Below are positions 12,586-23,412 of a stretch of 64,000 bases of DNA, in pieces. The position numbers were made by a program, and so were the translations under genes. Source of the DNA: Gekko japonicus (lineage: Eukaryota); the NCBI RefSeq assembly GCF_001447785.1, contig NW_015161405.1, positions 1,089,835-1,153,834 of the forward strand, written 5' to 3'. The notes beneath the pieces were generated by a model. The model searched no databases. It saw nothing but the letters and a program-made list of their open reading frames with translations, and had not been told where the DNA came from. Each line of letters starts with the position of its first letter. Position 1 is the first letter of the stretch.

Positions 12586-13985
12586 TGTAGATTCTTAATT
12601 TAAAGTTCTCCAAAGACGTCAGAATTGTCCGCCTTAAATTTATAAAAATCCGTCACCGACCTGATCTGGACTCTCCCACCTTTGTAAGTAAAGGATAAGC
12701 CTTGTGGAATTTCCCATCTGTACCTAATATTCAAAGTCCTCAGTTTATCCACCAAAGGCTTATACCTTTTTCTGTCTTGCAGTACTGCTCGGGGGAGTTC
12801 TCTCATCACCATAATCTTGTTTCCTTCCATTTCAAAAGGGACGGTGAATTGTTTCTTAAAAATATCTTCTGTAGTTGTTCTTGTTACAAATTGTACAATA
12901 ACATCTCTTGGTAAATTTTTCTTTTCTGCAATTCTGGAGTTCACTCTGTATATCAAATCAAAATCAGAGTCCATTGTCCCTTCATCTTCTTCCAAATATG
13001 ATGTTATTGCCTTCATCATTTCATCTCTTATATCTTCATTTTCCTTCTCTTTAATGCCCCTGAATCTCAGATGGGTTTGCATCCTTCTGAACTCCATCAT
13101 TGTTTCTGATCTTCTAAATTGCTGAGTCAAAGAATCCTGTTTTTCTTCCACTTGTTGCATCTTCTCTTCCACTTCCGTAGTTTTGGTTGCATTAGCCTGA
13201 ATCTCCTTTTTGACTCCTTCTATTTCTTGCTTGATTGAAGTTATCTCAGTAGTGACCAAATCTTTAATTGCCGCTATGTTCTTCTCCTGAACCTCTTCAA
13301 GTTGTTTCAGATGAATCTGAGTCTGCTTTGCCATTTGTGCCTCCAGTTGCTTTTCAATCTGTTCCCCCATCCTTTTTTCACTTTGTTCTCCCATAGCTTG
13401 TATTGCTTCCAGCATCCTTTTCTCCATTGCCTCCATGGCAGCATACATCTCTTTCTTATCCTTCTCCCTCTCTTTTGACATCTTGGGGGTTGGTGTCAGC
13501 CTAGTTGGTGTTGAATTAGTTCTTGGTCTCACTTTTGGCTTAACGTCAGGATCAGAGTCAGCTCTTTTCGGTCCTCTTCTGGTCTCCGTTTTGGTGCTTT
13601 TCCTGCGGTGCGCAAATTCACAAACAAACAGTCTCTTCTAAAGGGTAGCCTTCAATCAGCCATTCCCTTCTATTTTCGCTTTTAAAAACCCTCTAAAAGA
13701 AGTTTAAAGTCAAATTTAAAGTCAGGTCCTCCTCAAAATGTCGGGCGCAACTTCTCTATGGTATTCGGGTATAGAGTAGGTCAGGTTACCGTATTCCAGG
13801 TCCCGTCTGTTCGTATACACTCACTTCCGGTTCTGCTCTCTTGTAGCTCCGAGTCTCTTCCTGTTGGCTTCCTGTTGGCTTCAGCCCTTCTTTCAGGGCT
13901 TCCTCTTCCTGTTCCAGCACCTCGGAGTATTTTTTTCGTTACACCGGCCTGGGGAGCTTCAGTTTCTGATCCACATCTCAGCTGC
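10985..13985 (-). mobile_element. L1/Tx1-clade LINE, 3'-truncated (5' UTR, ORF1, ORF2 up to the start of RT), antisense in HDAC9 intron
   Basis: Two tandem uninterrupted ORFs 14 nt apart with L1 ORF1 and ORF2 motifs. The 5' boundary is approximate. Confidence 0.93.
12600..13481 (-). CDS. L1 ORF1p (coiled coil + RRM + CTD, Transposase_22-like)
   Basis: Heptad-rich N-terminal half, LRFRGIKE, PRDVIVQF, YRWEIPQGL. First ATG is at 13481 (the ORF track starts at GTG 13532). Confidence 0.9.
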   Translation of the reverse strand: MSKEREKDKKEMYAAMEAMEKRMLEAIQAMGEQSEKRMGEQIEKQLEAQMAKQTQIHLKQLEEVQEKNIAAIKDLVTTEITSIKQEIEGVKKEIQANATKTTEVEEKMQQVEEKQDSLTQQFRRSETMMEFRRMQTHLRFRGIKEKENEDIRDEMMKAITSYLEEDEGTMDSDFDLIYRVNSRIAEKKNLPRDVIVQFVTRTTTEDIFKKQFTVPFEMEGNKIMVMRELPRAVLQDRKRYKPLVDKLRTLNIRYRWEIPQGLSFTYKGGRVQIRSVTDFYKFKADNSDVFGEL

Positions 13986-14176
13986 TTGGAGAAGGAACAT
14001 GTGTGCTTCACTCTGGAAATAACATGGGATCTGAAGATTAGCATACAACCCTCTATCATATACAAATATGGTAGTCCTATTTTATAATAAAAATGCAACA
14101 GAAGAAGAACCCAGTGCTAGAGAATCTACATGTATAATGGCAACATAGCCTCCATCTGTGGATACCTAAATCCATA

Positions 14177-14467
14177 GATGATGAAGAAGAAGAGATTGGA
14201 TTTATACTGCGCCCTTCACTACCCAAAGGTGTCTCAGAGCGACTTACAAAACTCCTTTCCCTTCCCCTCCCCACAACAGACACTCTGTGAGGTAGGTGGG
14301 GCTGAGAGAGCTCTTGACAGAAACTGCTCTTTTTCAAGAACAGCTCTTATCAGAACTATGGCTTGGCCAAGGTCATCCAGCCAGGTGCAAGTGGAGGAGT
14401 AGGGAATCAAACCCAGTTCTCCCAGATTAGAGTCCGCGCACTTAACCACTACACCAAACTGGCTCTC
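14177..14467 (-). mobile_element. Full-length Squam3-like SINE with (CTT)n tail
   Basis: Minus strand begins GAGAGCCAGTTTGGTGTAGTGGTTAAGTGCGCGGACTCTAATCTGGGAGAACTGGGTTTGATTCCC (pol III A and B boxes). Confidence 0.9.
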
Positions 14468-15944
14468 CATAACTTAACCAGATCAGGCCACACCAACACT
14501 AACCTGATTTTTCTGCAAACTTGGGGGATGACTGGGAGCTTCAGCAGACAGTGAGAGGGTGGGGGAAAATGATAAGAGGGGGAAGGAATCCCTCTGTATA
14601 TTGCCAGTCCCCATTTGTATTTCTTCTATTAGTCACATAATTTAGCCGTGTGATGTTTAAGAAGAAAGGAAGAAGGAAACAGCTTCAAAAATAACTTTCT
14701 TTCCTTGTTTTTATAACTGAAAGGGATAAAGGGACAGTCATTCATTAAGGAGACTCTTCAAACCTAATGTGTAAATCCTTGCATTTTCAGCTAAGGCGAG
14801 ATGAAACAAAAGTAGAGATGCAAGACAGATTTTTTTGGAACCATAGCAAAATGCAAGGGAGGATGTCTCCAGTAATTTCATGCAATTTTACAAATATTTA
14901 CATGGATGTAATCCCACTGAAATTAATGAGACTTACTTTAGAGTGAATAGGTTTAGAAAGATCAGGCTGTTAGAGCCATTTTCTGACGTAATTGCAGTTT
15001 GAGCAGACCCACATGGTTATAAATGTTCCCACTTAAAGCTGGAATACAGCTAGTTGGAAGAGCATTTCAGCTGTACTCACACGGCAGTGGCAGTAACATC
15101 TGGATCTACCCTTCTAGAATGGCAGCAGACATATGCTTGGGATCCAGCTAGCTCTTCTGGAGTCATGGACTTCCACCAGCAGGCTCTGGCACTAGCGTAT
15201 TCCCGGAATGACAAGCGCTTTGTTGGCAGTCTTGTGTAAATGCCACACACGATTCTTAAAGGCAGGAATTCTTTGGGGGGAAAGATTTAGTTTCTACTTT
15301 CTGGCCAGTAAAAAAAAAATGTGGTGCGTGTGTGTGTATGAAAGAACTGTATTTGCTCTGGAAAGAAATGGCAAAATGTGAGCCTCTAAAAGCTTTTGTA
15401 CCTCCAAAGACACATGGATTCAGTAAAGAGAACATGAATCACTGAGTGACATGACAAATCCATAATTTCCAGAATTACTTCTTATTTTTTTATGATCTGT
15501 AAGCTCCTTCCACAAAAGCTGACAACTTTTCTAACTTTGCTAATACTACTTCTTTACATGTATGGCTTCTCACCATACCGTATACATAGAGACGGTTGCT
15601 GTTCATAACCTTCTATATCCAGCCATACTTTGTGTACTATCTAGACACTGGGGGCAGAGATAAACCTCCTGAGGTCAAAGAGGAAATGGTTTGTACCTTT
15701 TAAAGCACAAGTAAGCCAAAATAAAAGGTGGTTAAACTGCACTGACGTTCTAAGCATGAGGTGCTGAGATTCAAACTTGCTGTCTGTTGTGCACTTTCAT
15801 CTGCAAGCCATGCATACCCCTAATTGTAGGGTCTTCCCAGAGGCTATGGTTTACCTAAATGGCTTTCCCAACCATCATTGCACAGCCCAGGCAAGGCTGA
15901 CGCAACCAGCATTTTTTGTTGTGGGTATAATGCTCTCTGGGTTG

Positions 15945-16119
15945 TGAAATGGTATAGTATAGCCCAATCTTGAGAGCTGAGCTGGGTTGGTACTTGGAAG
16001 GGAGATCACCAAGGAAGACGTTGCAGAGGAAGGCAATGGCAAACCACCTCCGCCTTATCACTTGCCTTGAAAACCCTGTGGGGTTGCCCATAAGTAGGCT
16101 GTGACTTGATGGCACTTTA
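15945..16119 (+). mobile_element. 5S rRNA-derived SINE with RTE/BovB-type tail
   Basis: 5S-like GGTACTTGGAAGGGAGATCACC followed by GGCAATGGCAAACCAC...CTTGCCTTGAAAACCC...GACTTGA. Confidence 0.8.
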
Positions 16120-16766
16120 TGGACCCCCATAATGCTTTCCACCAGCACACATACAGTGATCCAAGTTATTTGGTGTAGTACTACAAGAACAGCAGCACAC
16201 CCTGGGACATTATACCCATGATGAATGTATTTAGTTACAAGATTCGGGAGGAGGGGGAATCTGGGACAAAACATATTCTTACCTCTGACAGAGTGTTTTT
16301 CTGCTGGGTCTTGATCACAGGTCTGACTCCTGAATCCACAAGATAACAATTCAGCAACAAGCTGCAAGTAGCATGTATATTCACGAAAGGCTGTTCACCA
16401 GTTACAGTGCACACATGTACAACCCATATACAGCATATGGTTGATTTTTCTATGGATGCTTCTAGAGTCATTCTCTTGTTACCTTGAATTGATGCACAGC
16501 TGAATGTGTGATTGAAACCAGACATTTATCCAGGGTACTAGACCCTGGTTTCATTTGTAAAGTGAATGTGTTGGCTGTCTCTCACAAAGAGATGTACACA
16601 TGCAGGATGTATGTGTTTTTACTGTAACATGTAAACAGGGCTAGAATGTGAGGGCTGCAAAACTTTGAGAAGCTGCTGTTAAAGTGCCCACTGCTGAAAA
16701 GGGCACTGAGACACAACTCTGGGTAACTACCCTTCCCTTGCCACAAGTGCACAACCTGGAGACTTT

Positions 16767-17351
16767 GGCTGCGGTCACACGGAGCATTAGCCACGCTACA
16801 GAGATGGAAGATAGGCGCATTTTCTGGGCGCGATCACACCACAACACCTGGGAAGCGTAGAGCTCCCGTAGCGAACCTGAGGCTTCCCGCCGAAGATGCG
16901 GAGTTAAAAACAAGTACCTCCGAGGTACTAGTTTCCAGAAACCGTGGGGCAAGGGCTGGCGTCTGATCGCGTTTCCGGTGGTGGCATCCGGTGCCTGCCC
17001 ATGTCTCTTCACAAACAGGTTCCCCCCCCCAAGTCTCCACAAGATGCGCACAAGCACCCAATGGTGCATGCGCACAAAGAGGAAACTGAAAGTGCCGTTT
17101 CGGCTTTAAAAAAATGACCCCGTTTGTCATGGCAGCTGCGCCTAGCCATTGCTGGTGTGATCGTGCCGCACCGCTTCTTTGCCGCGCTGCAGGATCGTCG
17201 TTTGATCGCCACCCTCATTTACCCACCGGCGCCGAGGGAAGGACCCGTGGTGTGCCGCCGGCGTGTCTGATAGCGTAATCGGAGATCAAACTGCGCCAGG
17301 GCAATTAGCCATGCCTCCCCCCTGCGATATCCAGCCCGTGTGACCAGGGCC
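16767..17351. mobile_element. PIF/Harbinger-like MITE, CpG-rich
   Basis: Imperfect TIRs GGCTGCGGTCACACGG / CCGTGTGACCAGGGCC. Flanks TTT / TAT. Confidence 0.65.
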
Positions 17352-17786
17352 TATGTATGTTTCCCCACTCCCTTAGCAAGTCAGAATAAAGAGCCAGTAG
17401 CTGCAGCTGCAATGTTGTGAGAGGAAAAAGCAATGCTAGCATTTATTTATTTATCATGTAGCATAACACAGTTATGCACAGGAATCATGTAGCAAATAGC
17501 AAGCCATGTCGTTTTCAGATCACCTCACCTTTTCCGTATGAACCATTTGTTAGGGCATGGCCTGGAATAAGATTTCCGGCAACCTTTTGCTTCTCTGGTC
17601 CTCCTGCTTCTGATTGATACCATTTCTCCTTCTACAGCCTCTGAACCCCTGCAGTGCTTGGCAGATATTGAGGGATTTCATCTATTGCATGTCTGATGGC
17701 ATTGTAATACTCTAACCCTCCTTCTTCCATAAGTACTGAAAAGCAAGGCAGCTACTATACCAAACTGGGAAATGGTTATTTATAAG

Positions 17787-17910
17787 GCGGTGTGGTATAG
17801 TGATCACAGTATTAACAGACAAGGATTGGGGAGACCTGTGTTAAAACCCACCCCCATGAATTTTGGGCAAGTCACTCTCTTGTCAGTCTCATCTACTTAA
17901 CAGGTTAGTT
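17787..17910 (+). mobile_element. Squam3-like SINE 5' part, interrupted by a MITE
   Basis: GGTGTGGTATAGTG head and TTGGGCAAGTCACTCTC core. Confidence 0.65.
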
Positions 17911-18127
17911 TAGGGTTGCCAGCTCTGGGCTGGGAAATACCTGGAGATTTTGGGGTGGAGCCTGAGGAAGATGGGTTATGGGGAGGGGAGGGACTTCAGT
18001 GGGGTATAATGCCTTAGAGTCCACCTTGCAAGTGTCCGTTTTCTCCAGGTGAACTGACCTCTGTCGCCAGGAGATCAGTTGCAATCCCAAGAGATCTCCA
18101 GCCACCACCTTGAGGTTGGCAACTCTA
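17911..18127. mobile_element. hAT-type MITE (TAGGGTTGCCA family)
   Basis: TAGGGTTGCCA / TGGCAACTCTA. Internal sequence is homologous to 5197-5415. Confidence 0.88.
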
Positions 18128-18128
18128 G

Positions 18129-18672
18129 GGGTGCGATCATACGCACAGTTAGACCTGCCATAGGCCTGAATGCCAGGCAGATTTAAAGGGCACGATCAGA
18201 CAACAACATCTGGGAAGCACCCCGCAGCCATCGGCAACCCATTTTGCTTCACCGCAGGAGTGGAGTAAAAATACACCGCGGATAAGAAAATCCGGTAGTA
18301 AACGGGTTGTGACGGACCACAGACAGACTTTCCCCTGTCTGATCGCTCCAACGTGCTCTCATGGCATCGGGATGATCTGATCAGGCCATCCCAACTCTGT
18401 GCCGTTCTCCCCATTTTTGCTATGTGCATCATCACAAACTCCACAGGGAGCCCTCAGTGTGGAGATGTGATTAATCAGTTCCTCATTGAAGCGCATTGGA
18501 AACAAACAGCAAAAAAAATTCCCTGACTCACTCCCGGTAGCGTCTGATCACGCAATGGCGGACTGTGCCCGCAGCTTCCAAGGACTGTGTGATTGCGCAA
18601 CTGCGGATCAACTTCCTCTGGAGGAAATAGCCTCGTTCCTCCCCCGTTTATCTCGCTCGTGTGACTGTGACC
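18129..18672. mobile_element. PIF/Harbinger-like MITE
   Basis: Imperfect TIRs GGGTGCGATCATACG / CGTGTGACTGTGACC. 3-bp TSD TAG. Motifs related to 16767-17351. Confidence 0.65.
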
Positions 18673-19311
18673 TAGGTTCATAACACAGACAGAAAGGAGG
18701 GGAAAGAAATCTGCCTGCTACTCTTTGTAGTACGGGTAGGGAAAATGTAACATAGCTCCCATCCCAGGTACAAAATATTGCTGAGAGGTATAGAGTAAAT
18801 GGCTTAGTATCTCTTTCAGAAGACATTACATGTGCCTTTTACTCCAGGGAGGGGAGTGGAGAGAGCTGCATGCTGTAGGTAAAAACCCAGTAGCTTACAT
18901 ATGGGATAAATGCAAATTAATTTTTATTTAATTCATTCAGTCTTTTTTAATAACTCCATATCCACTTTGGGGACAGGTAGTTTAATTTCTATCATCTGTG
19001 GCTTTACTGAGCTCTAGTTTTGTTACACGTGCCAGTGATTGAGCTATGCTAACTGTAGCTGGAAAAAACTTGCAACTACTATATTCATTCAGGAAACTCT
19101 GAGTGAAGTAAATCCATATGTGCTTTAAAAATCTGAGCCTTCAGAGCAGGTCTGTGTATTCTGGCTTGTAATATTGTCATGAATGATTCTGCCTCTTTGA
19201 AGTGTTGCTGACGTATGAACAATGTTGATGCTGCCTCAACATTTAGTGTGGCTGCATTTCAAAAACAGCTTTTTAAGAAACTGGTTGACGCTGTTCATTT
19301 GCTGGGCTTAC

Positions 19312-19680
19312 TTGGGTTACCGACCCCAGGTTGGGAAATTTCTGGAGATCTGGGAGCAGTGGGAAGCAGGCCCATAGCCAGGATTTTTAAAGTCGGGGGG
19401 CATTTAAATTTCTCAGGGGGCACTGGCTAATCAAATTAAAGGAATACCTGGCTCCTTCCTCACACCTGCCTCCGCTCGAGGCCCCTGAGCTGGATGGGAA
19501 GTCGGGGCCTGGCTGGGAAGTCAGGGGGCCCAGCCCCTAGACTCCCCACTGTAGCTACGGGCCTGGTGGGAAGGGATGTCATGCCACTGAGTTGACTCTC
19601 CGAAGCTGCCATTTCCTCCAGGGGAACTAATCTCTGTAGTATGGATATTAGCTGTATTTCAAGGAAAACTCTAGGCCCCA
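19312..19680. mobile_element. Degraded TAGGGTTGCCA-family MITE hosting a second MITE
   Basis: TTGGGTTACC...GGGAAATTTCTGGAGAT on the left and GCTGCCATTTCCTCCAGGGGAACT on the right match the family's internal sequence. Confidence 0.65.
19367..19565. mobile_element. hAT-type MITE (CAGGCCCGTAGC TIR)
   Basis: TIRs CAGGCCCATAGC / GCTACGGGCCTG. Perfect 8-bp TSD GTGGGAAG. Confidence 0.9.
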
Positions 19681-19828
19681 CTTTCAGGGTTATAGTGAAC
19701 CAATTTAATGTGCATGGTGTAAAATTAAATTATTGTATGGCATTGTGTGTAGAATAGCCAGGTGATTGTCTGGCAGCTGCAAATTCTAGCTCTTAATGTT
19801 GTGTAGTGGTGAGCTAGACTTGTTTTTA

Positions 19829-19937
19829 GGGGCTGAGAGAGGTCACCCAGCTGGCTTCATGTGGAGGAGTGGGGAATCGAACCCAGTTCTCCAGATTAGA
19901 GTCCAGTGCTCTTAACCACTATACCAAACTGACTCTC
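19829..19937 (-). mobile_element. Squam3-like SINE 5' fragment
   Basis: Close match to the head of 14177-14467. Confidence 0.85.
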
Positions 19938-21239
19938 TTGTGTGTCATGTAATGTTGATGGTCATTCTAAAACCGTCTTATGGGAAGTCTTCCAGAAAAT
20001 CAAAATATGCTAAGCATAGAGGAGGGAGTCTATGGATAAAATCTGCATGCCTGAACTCAGGCAACAGATTTCTGCTGAATTTCCAGATTCTTAAATTATT
20101 TAATCCAAAGCAGGGAATTGCCAGAATTCCTCTTCTTAGGCTTAGACAAGAGCTCTGGGTAAAAGCCCAATTCAATCATTTCAGCGGTTCCACATTGAAA
20201 TCCTAATCTGAGCCAATGCCTTTCTAAATCCAGTATATTTAGAAGGGTATAAGTCTCCTAGAGACTTCAAATGGACTATCATAGGTGTGGCATAGGTGTG
20301 GCCTTTTCTACAGCAAGAAGGAATAGTTTGGGAGTAGAATCAACGTGGCAGGATTGACTTCAGTGTGGATATCAGCTTGTATGGATGTGCAGAACTTTTC
20401 CCCCAGTGGTTGTAAGTAATCAGGAAGACCGGCTGAAGACCCAATCTGCTTCGCTTCCAAGATCTGACGAGATTGGGCTGTACCATGTAACCTTCCCTCC
20501 TCCCAAAATAAATACTTGCTTTCAAATGGTAAACTGTTTTGACAGAATCTACAAAAGCATTAGTTTCCATTTCCATTTAGCTTTCCATTTAGCACTTGCC
20601 AATCAAGATGCTGTATTTAATCTATGGTGCATTTCTATGAAACAGTATAAGCCTAGGAACTCCTACTGTCACAGAACATGGGCAAGAAGTGGCAGTTTTT
20701 GCTTATGCACCAGCCCTAAATGCACCAGTTTTTGCTTATGCACCAGCCCAGGCTGAACAGAACCAGTGTGGTGTGGTGAGAGGACAGTGTGGGACCACAG
20801 CTATGGAGATCCAGCTTCACATTATCCCTGTGGCATGAAACTCGCCAGGAGACCTCAGGCCAGTCACCTTACCCACTTTACATGGTTCTTGTGACTGTAA
20901 AACTTCTGGGGGGAAAGCAGAAGTAATGTCATGTCACTCTAGGAGTCACTGTAAACTATGTGGTAAAACCATAGAGTTTCTGGCGACTCCTAGAGCAACA
21001 TAACATCACTTCTGTGTTTTCCCCAGAAGTGACATAGCACCATCAACTGGCAGTGATTTTAATTTTTTCCCCCTTCCTATTGCTGGCACACAATGAGAGC
21101 GGGCAAATGGCAAACTTAATGGGGACAGAACCAGTGTTAGTTGGCTCCAGCTCTGTCCTCTGCTCCAACAGCCCCAGTGGGTACCAGCCAACACTGATTT
21201 AAGGTTGCATTGTTTATTAAGTTTATTAACATCAAGAAC

Positions 21240-21567
21240 TAGGGCTGCCAAGTGGGGGTGGGGGGCAAGTAAACCCCCGCTTTGGAGGCCCGATTTCCGC
21301 TGCCGTGGAATCGGGCCCCAGGGGGAACTCCGCCCCCTGAAGCGCAACAGCGTGGCTGCGTCACCAGAGGTGACACAACCACGTTGATCACGTTGGGGGC
21401 GTGGCCCCGATCGTCGGAGGGAAAACTATGGTTTTCCCTCCGACGATCCGGGCCACGCCCCCAACGTGGTTGACGTCGCACGTGCTATGCACGGGTGCAT
21501 CCGAGGACGGCTCCCGGAGCCCGGTGAGGCTCCCCTGCCGGTAAGTTTTTTTGACTTGGCAACCCTA
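21240..21567. mobile_element. Young CpG-rich hAT-type MITE with internal hairpin
   Basis: TAGGGCTGCCAAGT / ACTTGGCAACCCTA TIRs. Perfect 8-bp TSD TCAAGAAC. Confidence 0.93.
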
Positions 21568-22542
21568 TCAAGAACTGCCAGAAAGGGGAACACAGCAAAA
21601 GGGAATGATATTGAATCTCTGGCTCACTTTTAGTTTGTGTTTATTTATTGTGTATTTGGAGCCAAACTAGTCAAGATGGCAGGAGATCTGAGATCAAATC
21701 TGCAGGTTTTGTTGTTGTTGTTTTATTAAGTTTAAAGCAGCCATGGAGGGGCCTGAACTGGTTGTAGAAACTGCCAGGGATGGTGATATTTAGCCTGTTT
21801 TCTCTGGTTTAAATTGCCCTTGAAGGCAACTGTTCTACAGGGTTTTCCAAAGGTTCAAGACCTTTTTTTCTAACCTGATATGTGCCCCTCCATTGAATGT
21901 TTTAAGTATTGCAGGAGATCCCATGATGCGTGTCCTGCTTTCTCACCTTGTTTGGTCTCTGCTGTTTTTATCATCAGATTTTATGGTGCTGCTTTATAAT
22001 GTTAATGTATTAGGTTGCCTTTTGCACACTGCCTTGAGCTACTACAATGAGGTGACATAATTAAAAAAAATAATCTGGAGTACAATTTTTTTACAGCAAT
22101 AGCTTTTTGCAAGAACACACACTGGAATGACAATCTGGAAAATACTGTACAGCAGCAAGTAAAATAGCCCAACAGAGAGGAAGTACATATGGATTCAACA
22201 AACCAGAACGGAGACACAAGTAAAATGTGATGTGGATTCTGGTTGTGTGTGTAGCACCAAACCCTCTGGGTGTAGTTATGGATCCCATTTCTAACCCTTG
22301 AGTTATTTTTCCATGCAGCAGCATTAAAAAACCCAAGCTTCACATACAGCAGGGGGCACTTAAATATACCTGGACAAGCAGGAACTTACAAGGACTTGCG
22401 GGGAGAATTTCCCTTCCTTGAAAGACCCCTTTTCCCTTTCCTTGAAAGACCCCTTATTTCATTCTTCTCTCCTCCATTTTATCCTCAGAACAACCCTGTG
22501 AGCAGGGGCAGAAAAGGGGCAGAAAAGGCAGTCTGTCTGACC

Positions 22543-22901
22543 TAGGGATACCATTCCCCAGGTGGAGGTGGGAGATCCCCCACTTTTGTGGGCTTCTGCC
22601 CGCCACTGGCCAGCTGGCTGGTGGGAGAAAATTCCCCTCACTCTGATGCTGTGCCTGATATGCTGACATCACTTGGAAGTGATGTCAGTGCGTCGGTGAC
22701 ATCGGGGGTCATTCTCTACTTTTTGGGCAAAACTTTATGGTTTGAGGCCATTTTTACCATAGAATTTTGCCCCCAAAGCAGAGTGTCACCTCTAATGTTG
22801 CCAACATGCTGATGTCACTTCTGGGTAACACAGTGTCCCCACCCACCCCCGGAATGCCCCCAAATCCCCTGCCAGCGCAACAAAGGGACCTAGCAACCCT
22901 A
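22543..22901. mobile_element. hAT-type MITE inserted in a minus-strand SINE (about 22453-23229)
   Basis: TAGGGATACCA / TAGCAACCCTA. Perfect 8-bp TSD GTCTGACC. Imperfect internal palindrome. Confidence 0.88.
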
Positions 22902-23302
22902 GTCTGACCCTGACCCTACCTCCCAAAGGGGGGATGGAAGGAAGGAAGGAGAAAGGAGGCAGCCTGCCTAACTAATTGGCCAGGTGCTGTTTCCTCAGCT
23001 CAGGCAGGCCTCAGGTGTGGCAGTGTTGCTTCCCTTGTCTCACATAGACTGGGCCTTGCCTCCCTCACCTTGAACGGGGCAGTTGCGTGCCTCCCTCACT
23101 TCACACAGGACTCAGCCTGGTGCCACCCTCTGCCTTGCTTTGCCTCACATGTGGCTCAGCCAGGCCAGGTGATACCAACTGGGGATTCAAGGTCCTAGCT
23201 GAAACTCTAACCACTACACCACACTGGTTTTCATGGTGTGGCTGCTGTTGAACAGTAGCAAGCAGCCATAACTAGGTGAGCCATGCAAGTTGTGTAGTAT
23301 TC

Positions 23303-23412
23303 CCTGCTGGTGGGCCTCCTGATGGCTCCTGGGTTTTGGCCACTGTGTGACACAGAATGTTGGACTGGGTGGGCCACTGGCCTGATCCAACAGGGCTTCT
23401 CTAATGTTCTTA
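23303..23412 (+). mobile_element. CR1 3' terminal fragment
   Basis: GGCCACTGTGTGACACAGAATGTTGGACT...GGCCTGATCCAAC...ATGTTCTTA. Same family as 34551-35310. Confidence 0.85.

Noticed and set aside
12702-13641. Plus-strand ORFs overlapping L1 ORF1
   Set aside because: Antisense shadow frames of the real minus-strand ORF.
14400-14467. tRNA gene
   Set aside because: tRNA-derived SINE head, repeated many times and attached to a SINE body.
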